A DNA stretch of 64,000 nt from Candidatus Thorarchaeota archaeon (GCA_019057475.1 DXJO01000046.1:91908-155907); one strand, 5' to 3'; positions 1 to 10,596 are shown, counted from the first letter of the stretch. Notes: generated by a model from the sequence alone, not told the origin. Made by a program: numbers and translations.

Positions 1-378
1 CTAATTTCTGGAGTTCTTGTCGGTGCATCAATGAGAATGTTGGAGAATGACTACGACATGAATGGGCTTGTTGCCGCGCTCCTGCTTGTGGCACTCGCGT
101 TGATAATGCTGACTATTCTGGGAGTAACGCTGAGCATGGTTACATCCAACACTGTGATATCGATAGTGTCCTTACTCGTCCTATGGTACTCGATGACGAT
201 CTTCCTTCCTCTACTAGATCTTGAGTTCATGTCCCCGAGTAGTATGATAAACGAGCTACCAGACATCATTCAAGGCGTATGGAACGGAGAAGAATGGAAG
301 ATTGGGACCAGCTTTGCTGGTATTTCAATAATCGCAATGGCCCTATCTGTACTGTATTTCTCAACAAAGGATCTCTGA
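1..378 (+). CDS. ABC-2 type transporter permease, C-terminal part (begins before the window)
   Basis: Frame is open from base 1; several hydrophobic helices; ends in ...YFSTKDL, a typical ABC-2 permease C-terminus. Confidence 0.6.
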   Translation, partial: LISGVLVGASMRMLENDYDMNGLVAALLLVALALIMLTILGVTLSMVTSNTVISIVSLLVLWYSMTIFLPLLDLEFMSPSSMINELPDIIQGVWNGEEWKIGTSFAGISIIAMALSVLYFSTKDL

Positions 379-510
379 GTCTGTCATTGTGTGACATGGT
401 TTAGATACTCCCGAGGAAGCCAATGACATACATCGTACATTCCTTTTGCCCATAGCTTCGCTACTGTATTCACGAGAAGGAAACCTGAGTCAGAATATCG
501 CGGTAGGGGG

Positions 511-1167
511 TCAATCTTTTAGACCCACAACAAGTGCTGCAGTCCCTCTAATCTTCTTAGAACCACTTGGTTTCAGGCCCGCATTGGTCATGAACTCACC
601 TATATCATCAACGCTATGCTTGCACATGTGTGGATACCTCTTTCGTGCTTTCTCCTCATCCATCCCATGTGCCCCCATTACACGTACGAAGGCCTCTTCG
701 TTTCCAGACACGAAATCAAAGACCACACACACCCCAAATGGCTTCAGACTTTGAACTGCTTGAAGTATAATGGACTGTGAGTTATCAACCTCATGTAGAA
801 GGAAGCCAGAGAAAACCATGTCTACGGAATTGGGTTCTAATACCATTGCGTCTGTGTTGAAATCGTGCTGCGTTAGGATGTAGTTGTCAGATGAGAGAAC
901 ACAGGAGAGGAACTCATCCGCTTGTTTCAGCATGCTCTCGCTCTCATCCAGTCCATACACTTTCTTCGTTTGGAGCTTTGACACTGTATCCACGAGAAAG
1001 AGACCCGGACCGGGCCCGAACTCTGCTACGACCTCGCGTGGTTCAGCCCCGATAAGCTCAAGCAGGGCATTCCAAAACGCCTCAGGGTATCTCTTATTGT
1101 AGGATTGCACCATGCCCTGTACGCGCTCCGGGTCTTGCCAATTGGCCTTTCCCAGGTGCTCTACCAC
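511..1167 (-). CDS. Class I SAM-dependent methyltransferase
   Basis: Motif I VAEFGPGPG, GLDES, and VDMVFSGFLLHEV. Confidence 0.85.
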   Translation of the reverse strand: MVEHLGKANWQDPERVQGMVQSYNKRYPEAFWNALLELIGAEPREVVAEFGPGPGLFLVDTVSKLQTKKVYGLDESESMLKQADEFLSCVLSSDNYILTQHDFNTDAMVLEPNSVDMVFSGFLLHEVDNSQSIILQAVQSLKPFGVCVVFDFVSGNEEAFVRVMGAHGMDEEKARKRYPHMCKHSVDDIGEFMTNAGLKPSGSKKIRGTAALVVGLKD

Positions 1168-1715
1168 TAATGACGCCCCAACACATAGTCCGCTCTCATA
1201 AGCAGGGTCATGAACTCACTCAAACTCTGCCGGAGAATCTCGGGATCGCTGTAGAGCTTCTTTAGCTCAACGCTTCGCTCCTCAAGCGAAGAGTCAGTCA
1301 TCTCATTCATTATCTTGTACGCGGCTGAGGGCCTCTCAGTCCATCTCAGCAACTCATGATGGTCTGAGCTGAGAAATAGAACAACTGGAGTCTTCTTCTT
1401 CCCGTTAACCTTAAGGGCTTCATGGAAGTGTCCATTCTTATCACTGTCTAGAATGCGCAGCCCAACGTTGGGCGATAGTGATGCCATCCGCGCTAGAACA
1501 GGCAGGTTACCGGCGGTGTCATTGCATCGATCTGTGCCAAAGACCAAGATGTCCACTTGATTCTGGATACCACTGAGGGCTTCGGTCTCCTCCTCGCTGA
1601 CCATAAGATCAACGTATCTTGCCTTCATTAGCTCCACATTCTCACGTGCTGACCTGAGAAAGGCTTTGTACTCTACTGCGTCGTTCCACTCTACAATCTC
1701 TGGCATGTATATCAC
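1167..1715 (-). CDS. Thioredoxin-like protein (Thioredoxin_9-type)
   Basis: GTDRCND (WCxD-like) motif and KTPVVLFL cis-Pro region; overlaps the next gene by 1 nt. Confidence 0.7.
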   Translation of the reverse strand: MIYMPEIVEWNDAVEYKAFLRSARENVELMKARYVDLMVSEEETEALSGIQNQVDILVFGTDRCNDTAGNLPVLARMASLSPNVGLRILDSDKNGHFHEALKVNGKKKTPVVLFLSSDHHELLRWTERPSAAYKIMNEMTDSSLEERSVELKKLYSDPEILRQSLSEFMTLLMRADYVLGRH

Positions 1716-1848
1716 ATCAGGCTCCGAGAGAGAATTCTGCCGGTTCCACCGACTGGTATCTAATTGGTTGGATTGAATAAAAGGCTATCCTGAGGGGCAA
1801 TATTGTAATATCGGACCGCAAACAGTCAGCGAACGTGGTCAGACGATA

Positions 1849-2529
1849 ATGACTGTGGCAGAAGAGGTTTTGGAGGAATTACGGAAACTAGGCAATCCTG
1901 AGCAAGCAGAAGCAGTTGCCAGATACATGAAGGCTTCTTCACTCAGATTCTTTGGAGTAAGACTTCCGCTCATACAGAAGACCGTGATGAGATTCACAAA
2001 GGGGCTTGCGACAGAGGAGCTAGTACCCCTTATGAATGGACTCTGGAAGCAGACCATCTTCGAGTCACGAGTTGCAGCAATACGAGTTCTGGAGAGGTAT
2101 GCGAAAATGGGAGATGTGTTCATTGCACTCGATGCTGCATCTCGATGGATAGATGATGTTGATACGTGGGGTCTCATGGACCCGTTGGGAACATTGTGCG
2201 TAGGCACTCTTCTGCTGAGAAACCGTGATATCGAAAAGACCCTAACGGAGTGGAGCATGAGTGAAAACTTCTGGCGACGTCGAGCCAGTATTTTGCCCTA
2301 TCTTCATCTCTCTAAGAAATCAGTATACAAGGCGGAATACACAGAGAGAATCTTGCAGGCAATTCGGCCGCATATTTCGGACAAGGAGTTTTTTGTAGGA
2401 AAGGCTGCCGCCTGGGTTCTGCGTGAGCTTAGTAAGCGAGAACCAGAGGTTGTGAAAGCGTTCATAGATCAGCATCGCGATGTGATGACACGCCTAGTCA
2501 TCCGAGAGGCCAGCAAGAAACTGAAGTAG
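1849..2529 (+). CDS. DNA alkylation repair protein (AlkD-like HEAT repeat)
   Basis: FFGVRLP, WIDDVDTWGLMD, WSMSENFWRRR and EFFVGKAAAWVLRELSK motifs. Confidence 0.85.
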   Translation: MTVAEEVLEELRKLGNPEQAEAVARYMKASSLRFFGVRLPLIQKTVMRFTKGLATEELVPLMNGLWKQTIFESRVAAIRVLERYAKMGDVFIALDAASRWIDDVDTWGLMDPLGTLCVGTLLLRNRDIEKTLTEWSMSENFWRRRASILPYLHLSKKSVYKAEYTERILQAIRPHISDKEFFVGKAAAWVLRELSKREPEVVKAFIDQHRDVMTRLVIREASKKLK

Positions 2530-2607
2530 TGCGTAGAAAACGGGCTCGATTGCTGGTTTGCGTTAATCCGTCAGCTCATAAGCTAGATTGACGCGAAGGC
2601 AGATGCC

Positions 2608-2961
2608 ATGACCGAGAAGATGATGTCATATTGTGGTCTCATCTGCACCAGTTGCGGAGCATACATCGCAAAGCGTACGAATGACGATGACCTGCGTGTG
2701 AAGACAGCGAAACGTTGGTCCTCGCCCGAATGGACTGTTAAGCCCGAAGAGATCAACTGTGATGGCTGCAAGTCGGACAGCGACGAACTCTTCAAGCATT
2801 GTTACGAGTGTGGCGTTCGAGCTTGCGCACGCGAACGAAACGTGGAAACATGCGCCCACTGCAGCGATTACATCTGTGATAAACTTGAGAAGTTGTTAGC
2901 ATTCATAGGGGAAGAGGCAAAGAAGGGTCTCGAAGAGGTGCAGATGTCACTTCAAACATAG
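2608..2961 (+). CDS. DUF3795 family cysteine-rich protein
   Basis: CGLICTSC...CDGC...C..C.VRAC...TCAHC..Y.C pattern. Confidence 0.8.
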   Translation: MTEKMMSYCGLICTSCGAYIAKRTNDDDLRVKTAKRWSSPEWTVKPEEINCDGCKSDSDELFKHCYECGVRACARERNVETCAHCSDYICDKLEKLLAFIGEEAKKGLEEVQMSLQT

Positions 2962-3029
2962 AGAGGACACCAGCATTAGTTTCAGGTATCTGTCATGCTT
3001 ATCTAAGCAAGAGCCTACACATACATTGG

Positions 3030-4187
3030 GTGTATGTGGCTTTGAAGCGAGCAGGTATTGCACAACTCAAACTACATCCGGGGAAGGCACCCCACTGGCT
3101 CGTTAAGCGCATGATGCCAATGGCTGGCGCGCTGTGTGAGTTCATTGTGGATGAATACGGTTCCAAGGAGTTGCTGAGAAGGCTCGCTGATCCTGTGTAT
3201 TTCCAAGCCCTCGCAAACGTCCTCGGCTATGACTGGGATTCATCTGGTTCTACAACGGTGACATGTGGAGTGCTCAGGTCTGTGCTAAACTTCGACCAGC
3301 ACAATGTGGTCGGAGCTGGAGGTAAGGGACTTATTTCTAGGAAGACTCCCGAGCAGCTCAAGGCACTGGAAGACTATGGACTTGACGGAACCAAACTCGC
3401 TAACATAAGCAAGGCTGTAGCCAAAGTGGACAATGCAGCTGTTCAAGATGGCTACCAGCTCTATCAACATCTGTTCTTTGTGGATGCTGAAGAGAACTGG
3501 ACAGTGGTTCAACAGGGCATGGACAACAGTACTAGTGATGCAAGACGCTATCACTGGACCTCAGAGGAAACATCCAGTTTCATTGAAGAACCCCACACGG
3601 GCATGATTTCGGGACAAGTGAAGCCATCCACCCTAGATATGACCTCTAAAAAGTCAGATGAATGCAGGAAGACATCAGTCGACGTTGTGAAGGAAGAACC
3701 ACTACGCATCAGAAGACTCTTCCATGATCTCAAGCCGTACGGTGAGAGCTCTCTGATACCATGGCTGGAAGAAGATGGATCAACAGGAAGCCTCCCCGCC
3801 TACAAGGTCATCCCGCATCGAATGAACTGGAATGCAGTGCGCAGGGCATATCAGACTCAACCCTCAAACTATGAAGAACTTCTCTTCATGAATGGCATGG
3901 GACCTGCAACCATCAGAGGCCTAGCCCTCATTTCAGAGATGATCTTTGGCTCTGAGCCTTCTTGGGCAGACCCAGTGCGGATGACTTTCGCTTTTGGAGG
4001 AAAGGATGGAGTGCCCTTTCCCGTGCCGCGCAAGGATTACGACGATGCGATAGTCTTCATGGAGCAAGCTCTCAACGATGCCAAGATGGGCAGGCGAGAC
4101 AAGGTTGTAGGACTCAAGCGACTGAGGAAATTCGCCCCGCCAATCCTTCGGTCAACACGGGAGATAGAACAACAGGCCCTTGCGTGA
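3030..4187 (+). CDS. DUF763 domain protein
   Basis: LH.GKAP.WL..RM, GYDWDSSGSTT, AKVDNAAVQDGYQLY and FAFGGKDGVPFPV motifs. Confidence 0.85.
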   Translation: MYVALKRAGIAQLKLHPGKAPHWLVKRMMPMAGALCEFIVDEYGSKELLRRLADPVYFQALANVLGYDWDSSGSTTVTCGVLRSVLNFDQHNVVGAGGKGLISRKTPEQLKALEDYGLDGTKLANISKAVAKVDNAAVQDGYQLYQHLFFVDAEENWTVVQQGMDNSTSDARRYHWTSEETSSFIEEPHTGMISGQVKPSTLDMTSKKSDECRKTSVDVVKEEPLRIRRLFHDLKPYGESSLIPWLEEDGSTGSLPAYKVIPHRMNWNAVRRAYQTQPSNYEELLFMNGMGPATIRGLALISEMIFGSEPSWADPVRMTFAFGGKDGVPFPVPRKDYDDAIVFMEQALNDAKMGRRDKVVGLKRLRKFAPPILRSTREIEQQALA

Positions 4188-4233
4188 GAATGATACCGAA
4201 GAGTACTTTTGAAGGGCCATACGGAACAAGGTT

Positions 4234-5031
4234 ATGCTTGAGTTGGAGCCCTTTGATGACGTAGTCACTGGCATCAAGACCGCTACGGCTCAGGGTGGGA
4301 AGGCCATAATGTGGGCTTACTCCTACAGAGTTGACAACGTCTTCTTCGATGCTGGATGTGCAAACGCAAAGGAGGAACTGCGCTCACATATCAAAGGAAT
4401 AGAACGACTTCTTGTTACACACTCGCACGAGGATCATGTTGGCGGATGTTCAGTCTTCGGCCCGGATACTCCGATTCTTGCTCCAGACCTCACCATCCCG
4501 GTGCTGAAGAGTCCGCCCAACCTCAACGAGTTCTTTCAATACGTATGGGGTCAACCCGAACCTATCGAAGATGTCGAGTTGATGTCTTCACAATTCTCGG
4601 TAGGTGATCTGGACTTCGAGGTCATCCCCCTCCCAGGACATAGTCAGGACATGGTTGGATTCTATGAGGTTCATAATCGGTGGTTCTTCTCAGCGGATGG
4701 AGTCCCACTGCCCTCCAAGAAACGCCTTGCTATGGATGACGAGAATGTCCCGCAGGCAATTGCAACAATGGAGCGAATCCTCGAACTCGACGTGGATGTT
4801 CTCTTCGACTTCCACAGGGGTCCGATTCGTAACCCGCAACAGTATATCCAGACAAGGATTGACTTTTTGAAAGGGGTTCAGAATCAGGTACGGGATCTTC
4901 ACCAAGAGGGAAAGACCATTGAAGAGATACAATCCATCCTGAACTTCGAACCTCCATGGTATATGGACCTAACTGAAGGGAGATTCGGTATCGACTATCT
5001 CATCAGGTCACTTATCTTCGACCAGCCATGA
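4234..5031 (+). CDS. MBL-fold metallo-hydrolase
   Basis: THSHEDHVGG and PGHS motifs. Confidence 0.85.
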   Translation: MLELEPFDDVVTGIKTATAQGGKAIMWAYSYRVDNVFFDAGCANAKEELRSHIKGIERLLVTHSHEDHVGGCSVFGPDTPILAPDLTIPVLKSPPNLNEFFQYVWGQPEPIEDVELMSSQFSVGDLDFEVIPLPGHSQDMVGFYEVHNRWFFSADGVPLPSKKRLAMDDENVPQAIATMERILELDVDVLFDFHRGPIRNPQQYIQTRIDFLKGVQNQVRDLHQEGKTIEEIQSILNFEPPWYMDLTEGRFGIDYLIRSLIFDQP

Positions 5032-5143
5032 ACCTAGTTGCTGGCCGTTTCAACGTTTATGAGTTGTATCGTCTAACGTATGAATGCATCTCGTTAAGTT
5101 ATGCAGGAAGTTTGATGAGATGAAACCAGATTCTCTACTAGCT

Positions 5144-5389
5144 TCAACTCTTCTTTTTCTTGTCGTAGGCTTCCCATGAATCGGCCGCTGAGGCTGCTCC
5201 CTTTGATCTCAGTTCCGCGAGAACGTACTCTCGAATCTCTGAACTCTTCATTGTTGCTTCTGAGCGTTCAGAGAGCGAACTTGCAATCTCGCGTGCAACC
5301 TCGTAGGGAGCACCGCACTTGACAGCACTCACAACAACCTTCTCAGACATGTATATCTCGGTTGATCCATCTCTCTTTTTGATTTCCAT
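5144..5389 (-). CDS. Stand-alone ATP-cone domain protein
   Basis: MEIKKRDGSTE..SEKV...SSEIREYVLAEL; start moved to ATG 5389 because the longer ORF overlaps the TPR gene. Confidence 0.75.
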   Translation of the reverse strand: MEIKKRDGSTEIYMSEKVVVSAVKCGAPYEVAREIASSLSERSEATMKSSEIREYVLAELRSKGAASAADSWEAYDKKKKS

Positions 5390-5540
5390 AAGTCCCATCT
5401 TCTTGAGTAGAAATTGATGAAATAAGACTCGTCCAATACATACCAAAGTTCTCAGATAAACAATTGGACACCTATTGCAGGAGTCAAAATGTGACAAAAC
5501 TGCCGAAGAAACCGATGATTTTGCAATAAGGGACTGATCC

Positions 5541-6704
5541 TCATCGAGAGCCTTTTCGTTTCTTCCGTCGTGCCTCAAGTCGGTCGTCAAATCGTCGAGT
5601 AGACTTCTCTTTCTCTCTCTGAGCCTTTGCCGCCTTCTTCTGGCGCGCGCAGTTGATTCTGGCCGCCCGTCCGAGATTCCTGACCCGCTCGACCTCTTTG
5701 TCGTTGCCCCGCTTCCGGTACAGCTTGCGAGCGCGATCCCACGCCTCGAAAGCGGAACAGAAGTCATCAAGACGCGCATATGTTACGGCTTGTGCATCGA
5801 AGATATCAGGATCTCTCTTTGAGAGTGCTGTGACTCGGTTCCACGCAGCGGAGGCTTCATTCCACTCCTCCAGTTCCATGCTGGTGAAACCGAGGTTACG
5901 CCATGCGGACAGATGGTCCTTCTTTCTTATCGTGGCTCTCTTGAAATGCTTTATCGCATCGCGTGGATTGCCCGACCTGTACGAAACCATTCCCAATGTG
6001 TTCTCTATTGAGGCATCATGCGGGTCTATCTCTGCCGCCTTCTTTAGCGCCTTCACTGCTGACTTGTATTTCCCGGCGCGGAGGTTCACATCCCCAAGTA
6101 TTTTCCAAGCCTGGATGTCGTCAGGCGCCAGCTTCGTCGCATCCTGCACCGACTTGGTCGCCTCTTTCCACTTCTCCATCATTGAGAGGGCAATAGCGCG
6201 ATGAATGAGAGCAGGCACAAGATTCGGGTCCAGTTGTAGAGCCTTGTCGTAGTTACTGACAGCAAAACCGAATTGGCCCTCCTCAAGAGTTATGTCGCCC
6301 ATTCGCATCCATATACGCCACTCTTTGGGGTTTAGTTTCACGAGCGCCCTGTAACAAGCCAGCTCCTCGTTTGTTCTCCCCAAGGCCCGGAGAGCAGAGG
6401 CCTTGTCATATAGAGCCATACCATTTTTCGGCTCAATCCTCAATGCACGATCAAGGGACTTCAGTGCCTCGTGTGCCTTGTCAGGGCCCAAAGCCAACAA
6501 TACGCGGCCTCTGTTAACATGTGCCTCTGTCAGATCAGGATTCAAGCGAATGGCTCGATCAAGACTCCGAAGAGCGTCTCCGAATGACTCCATCTTTGCT
6601 AGAAGGACTCCCTTACTGTTCCAAGCTGATGCATCGTCTGGATTCGCCTCTAGATGTGCATCTACTGCTCGGAGAGACTCTTCAAACGAAGGCATAGGAA
6701 CCAT
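5541..6704 (-). CDS. Tetratricopeptide repeat protein
   Basis: Repeated AW.NKG..L...A...D.A..L.P TPR units; basic C-terminal tail. Confidence 0.85.
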   Translation of the reverse strand: MVPMPSFEESLRAVDAHLEANPDDASAWNSKGVLLAKMESFGDALRSLDRAIRLNPDLTEAHVNRGRVLLALGPDKAHEALKSLDRALRIEPKNGMALYDKASALRALGRTNEELACYRALVKLNPKEWRIWMRMGDITLEEGQFGFAVSNYDKALQLDPNLVPALIHRAIALSMMEKWKEATKSVQDATKLAPDDIQAWKILGDVNLRAGKYKSAVKALKKAAEIDPHDASIENTLGMVSYRSGNPRDAIKHFKRATIRKKDHLSAWRNLGFTSMELEEWNEASAAWNRVTALSKRDPDIFDAQAVTYARLDDFCSAFEAWDRARKLYRKRGNDKEVERVRNLGRAARINCARQKKAAKAQREKEKSTRRFDDRLEARRKKRKGSR

Positions 6705-6795
6705 GATAGATTCTAGGTGCACGCAGAAAAAGGTTCAGCTGATGACCTGGCTTTCACCCATAACGATAAAGGTGTGTAACCGACCTGCGTCAACC

Positions 6796-7542
6796 ATGAA
6801 GCCAGACCGGCTTGTGACAGGTTTCCTATTGTTTGTAATCACACTTGCTGCAGTTGCACCCATATCAGCACAGCAAAATCATACATTGGAATGGGGTGTG
6901 GAAGTCGGAGAGGAGTTCACTTACGTACTGCAAAGGAAACTGGTTGATGCCGCATGGGAGCAAAATATGAATAATCTGATTCCGTTTCTCGCCTATCTTG
7001 ACGAAGGACAGAAAATACTCGCATCCGTTGAGGAGCTCTACGGGATACCAACGGAGATTGACTCAAGTAATCTTCCCACATCTAGTTGGACCTTGGTCAG
7101 AGAGAACGATTCAGACATCATCTCCGATGGCATCAGTGGGTTTGCATTCCCGATTGGGGACTGGGATGTCCTTGGTGAAGCATTCAATGTAACCGGAATT
7201 GCAGGAATGACCCTGATTGACACTGACGAGGAATGGGGAACAATCCTGTCAGGCCCCTTAGAGGGAAGCTCGTATACTGAGATATACCATGAGCAGAGAT
7301 ACGAGAAGGAGAATGGCACTCAAGTATATCTGCGTTGGACAATCAGCTATGCAGGTAACAGAGTAGTTGATGTCGTCTTCGCCCAGTGGCATCCGGGCAT
7401 GCCAACAGTCCTTCCGGCAGAGCTGGAGATAACAACAATTCTTCTTGCTGGACTCGGAGTTGCGATTGCTATCATTGTGGGAGTACTCGCTTACAAGAGA
7501 GTCAAGAGTCGGAAGTCCCTGATGCAGAAACTCGGCGAGTAG
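6796..7542 (+). CDS. Secreted protein with C-terminal membrane anchor, unknown function
   Basis: Signal peptide from MKPDRL; C-terminal TM helix followed by a basic tail. Confidence 0.7.
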   Translation: MKPDRLVTGFLLFVITLAAVAPISAQQNHTLEWGVEVGEEFTYVLQRKLVDAAWEQNMNNLIPFLAYLDEGQKILASVEELYGIPTEIDSSNLPTSSWTLVRENDSDIISDGISGFAFPIGDWDVLGEAFNVTGIAGMTLIDTDEEWGTILSGPLEGSSYTEIYHEQRYEKENGTQVYLRWTISYAGNRVVDVVFAQWHPGMPTVLPAELEITTILLAGLGVAIAIIVGVLAYKRVKSRKSLMQKLGE

Positions 7543-7610
7543 GCTGGCTGTCAGATTGCTGTTCTGTAAAGCGTTAAATGCATAGTTATCTTCCTTAGGG
7601 GATAATCTCG

Positions 7611-7964
7611 GTGATTGTCGTGAAACCAGAGTCCGAAGAAATCAGGAGAGTAAAATGTAGAGGTGACGACAGCGTCACCAGTTTCAGTGTGGGCGAAGAG
7701 TTCCGCTATAAGTTTCATCGACACGGGTCGGTTGGTGAAGACGCCACATTTAAGATAGAAAACACCGGAATCATATCACACGAGAGAACTGAAACAGAGT
7801 ACCTGCACCCTGAGAAGATGAAACCAGGGATGACCGGAGGGGACGCTGAGAGGGGGATGTGGTACTTTAAGGCAATCGCGCCGGGTGATACTACTCTAAC
7901 GATTCTTGAGGTGTTCCGTGGGGAAACAGAGAGCCGTTGCGTTATGAAATTGGAAGTTGAGTGA
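7611..7964 (+). CDS. Possible chagasin/I42 protease-inhibitor-like protein
   Basis: VGEEF...G.TGG....W.FKAIAPG.T.LT pattern resembles the Inhibitor_I42 family. Confidence 0.5.
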   Translation: MIVVKPESEEIRRVKCRGDDSVTSFSVGEEFRYKFHRHGSVGEDATFKIENTGIISHERTETEYLHPEKMKPGMTGGDAERGMWYFKAIAPGDTTLTILEVFRGETESRCVMKLEVE

Positions 7965-7983
7965 AACCACTCTGCCATATTCA

Positions 7984-8751
7984 TCATGTGGATTTGCTGC
8001 CCCAGATGAAAGTGTATCCCGGTGCGTATTCCAGACGATCTCCTGCAGCGTACGCAGCTCGCAGTTCCTTCAGCCCTTCTTGATAATCTGCCTCGCTGAT
8101 TTTGTGAAGCATCGAGTATCCTTTCTTCTCAACCGTTTCCAAGTACTCATCTCCAAGAGGAATTCGTGCGAAGGTGAACGGCTTCGAGCGAACATTGGTG
8201 AAACCAGCCGCTCGTAGGTGTTTCTTAGCCACCTCAATATCCGGGTACCTGCCCTTGTCGATCTTAGCTGTAACAGGGAAGAATCGCGTGGTCATACGGT
8301 GGTCTATCTGTTCGTGAGATTGTGTGGCAATGCAGAATTCACCACTTGCTCGCAACACACGAAATGTTTCGTTTATCATCGGAGGAACGTCTGCCAAGTG
8401 ATGAAGCACCTCTGTCATAAATACCAAATCAAAGGTCACGTTTCCGAACGGTAGATGGTTGGCTGAAGCATAAGCGAGATGGATCTCAGACGCTTTCTTT
8501 TTGGCCTCATGCAGCATGCCGGATGAGAGATCAATCCCCACTACTCGAGCGTGAGTAGTCCGAGAAACAAGGAGCGTGTTGTTCGCTGTGCCACATCCGA
8601 TATCCAGGATAATCGAGTTCCGGCCTAGGGGGACTTCACGCAGTATCTGGTGCATCATCTTTGGGTCGCTGGTTCGAACCTGATCGTAGACCTTGGCTAC
8701 CTTGTCATAATCGACATTCTTGGTTCCAGTGAGGTCTGTTCTTCGTGACAT
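7984..8751 (-). CDS. Class I SAM-dependent methyltransferase
   Basis: ILDIGCGT, GIDLSSGML and LPF..TFDLV...VLHHL motifs. Confidence 0.85.
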   Translation of the reverse strand: MSRRTDLTGTKNVDYDKVAKVYDQVRTSDPKMMHQILREVPLGRNSIILDIGCGTANNTLLVSRTTHARVVGIDLSSGMLHEAKKKASEIHLAYASANHLPFGNVTFDLVFMTEVLHHLADVPPMINETFRVLRASGEFCIATQSHEQIDHRMTTRFFPVTAKIDKGRYPDIEVAKKHLRAAGFTNVRSKPFTFARIPLGDEYLETVEKKGYSMLHKISEADYQEGLKELRAAYAAGDRLEYAPGYTFIWGSKST

Positions 8752-8942
8752 ACTGCACTACAGCTCCATGAATGGCTCGGATTTGCAGAGGCCTCAATCC
8801 TACATATTACATCTTGTGGCGGATGAACAATCGGAATATCTGACGAGCGGCAGCGCATTCCTAACCATGCGAAGTACCTATAAGCAACTCCCATTCCAGA
8901 CCGGCCAGCTAAGCATGATACAACATGCAGAGGTAGTTCAAG

Positions 8943-10181
8943 ATGCACTTCGAAGAGACTGACGAAGAAAAGATGTTCCGCGAGATGGTGCACGACTTTG
9001 CCCAAAAGTACGTAGCCCCCGCTTGGCGGGACTATGATAAGAACCACGAGATCCCCCGTGCGCTCATCAAGAAGATGGCCGAGCATAACCTCTGGGCACC
9101 TACGGTCGCAGAGGAGTACGGTGGAGCCAATATCTCGATGACAATGGCTTGCATCGCGGCAGAGGAGCTCGCTAGAGCAGACCTCTCAATTGCGTTGCCT
9201 GTCATGTACCTGGTCGAGGCTTCATGGGCATTCATCTTTGACATGTACGGCACTGACGAGGCAAAGAGCGAGCTTCTACCACGAGTCACCAAGGGTGACC
9301 TGTTCTTTGGTATCGCCACAACCGAGCCAACCGGAGGTTCAGACCTCGTTAATGTGACAAAGACAATTATCAAGCCAAAGGGTGACGGCTTCGTTGTTAA
9401 CGGTGAAAAGGTCTACATCAGCGGCATTGCTGAAGCGGAGCAGTACGGCGGTGTCTACTGGACCCTGGCTAAGTCTGACCCCAAGGGCGACCACAAGGCA
9501 TTCGATGCGTTCATTCTCCCATTCAATATGGGCGACGGCCTCCATCCAGGCATCACCACCACACTGTTCGAGGACATGGGTAGGATGGGTGTTTCCACTG
9601 GTGGCTTCAATATGGAGAACATCGAGATTCCCAAGCATTACATGATTGGCGAGCGCGATAGAGGATTCTACATGGCGATGGAAGGTTTCTCCGCAGCTAG
9701 AGTACTCATTGGTGCTACATGCCTTGGGTCCGCCGAGGGCGCCTTCGACATTGGTTGCGATTACGTCAAGCAGCGCAAGCAGTTCGGTCGACCACTGGCA
9801 TCCTTCGAGGGCATTATGTTCGAGGCTGTTGACTCCTGGATGCAGCTCCAGGCAGACAGGCTTCTCGTCTACAAGGCCGCCTACATCATGGACCAGCACT
9901 ATCGCGAAAAGAATCCCAGCTATTCGAAGCTCGACATTGCTAAGTTCACAGCGGCTGCGAAGTTCAGAGCTCCTCATGACGCTCTAGATATCATCACTCG
10001 CGCCATGACGTGGCATGGAGCATTTGGATACACCAAGGAGTGCCCACTTGAGGCAGCGTACCGGGGCGTACGGTCATACACTGTCGGTGCAGAGGGCGGA
10101 TCTTTGGTGCAAAAGATAGTCATGGGCAGGGAAATTTTCGGTCCTGAGTATCTCCCGTACCGGCAAGAGAAGCAGAAGTAG
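8943..10181 (+). CDS. Acyl-CoA dehydrogenase; its 3' end is the anchor of the repeat array
   Basis: ATTEPTGGSD, VNGEKVYISG, RKQFGRPLASF and HGAFGY motifs. Confidence 0.93.
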   Translation: MHFEETDEEKMFREMVHDFAQKYVAPAWRDYDKNHEIPRALIKKMAEHNLWAPTVAEEYGGANISMTMACIAAEELARADLSIALPVMYLVEASWAFIFDMYGTDEAKSELLPRVTKGDLFFGIATTEPTGGSDLVNVTKTIIKPKGDGFVVNGEKVYISGIAEAEQYGGVYWTLAKSDPKGDHKAFDAFILPFNMGDGLHPGITTTLFEDMGRMGVSTGGFNMENIEIPKHYMIGERDRGFYMAMEGFSAARVLIGATCLGSAEGAFDIGCDYVKQRKQFGRPLASFEGIMFEAVDSWMQLQADRLLVYKAAYIMDQHYREKNPSYSKLDIAKFTAAAKFRAPHDALDIITRAMTWHGAFGYTKECPLEAAYRGVRSYTVGAEGGSLVQKIVMGREIFGPEYLPYRQEKQK

Positions 10182-10232
10182 TTCTCATTCTGGTTTGAGA
10201 AAGGCACGCCCTCTCTCCAGCTCTCTTTTTTC
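10113..10232 (+). repeat. R0, master copy: last 22 codons plus stop of the acyl-CoA dehydrogenase, then hairpin and T-tract
   Basis: AAGATAGTCATGGGCAGGGAAATTTTCGGTCCTGAGTATCTCCCGTACCGGCAAGAGAAGCAGAAGTAG ttctcattctggtttGAGAAAGGcacgcCCTCTCTC. Confidence 0.9.
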
Positions 10233-10596
10233 TCACCCACCCCAGTACCAATCCTCCTCAATACGATAAGTTACATAATGCGCTCCTTTTATCAAATCGA
10301 ACAAGGAACATCGATTGAGCGCTCAGGGATTCAGGTTTCAGTTGTTTCCAGCGCCAGAACGTCGCATCAAGAAGCGTCGGCAGAAGATTGCTGTCATTAA
10401 CGAGGAGCTTGATTTGAGGGAAATCTGGTTTGAGATTGGGCCTAGGAGAGTGGTTCAGGCAGACTTATGACAGCCCTTTAGAGAAACGAAAGAAGGAGCA
10501 TTGGCTCAAGACCATGGCGCTAGTCTATGACTAGTCATTGAAGCTGAACCATAGAATTATAGATTCTCCTTGTCAATGGAAAACAGGTGACCTCAA

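Noticed and set aside
5390-5779. N-terminal 130 aa of ORF 5144-5779, and similar long extensions (6403-6795, 59935-60084, 63467-63610)
   Set aside because: They overlap neighbouring genes and precede the recognisable domain starts
10314-10533. Short overlapping ORF fragments after R0
   Set aside because: About 50 codons or fewer with no recognisable motif; cannot be called an integrase relic
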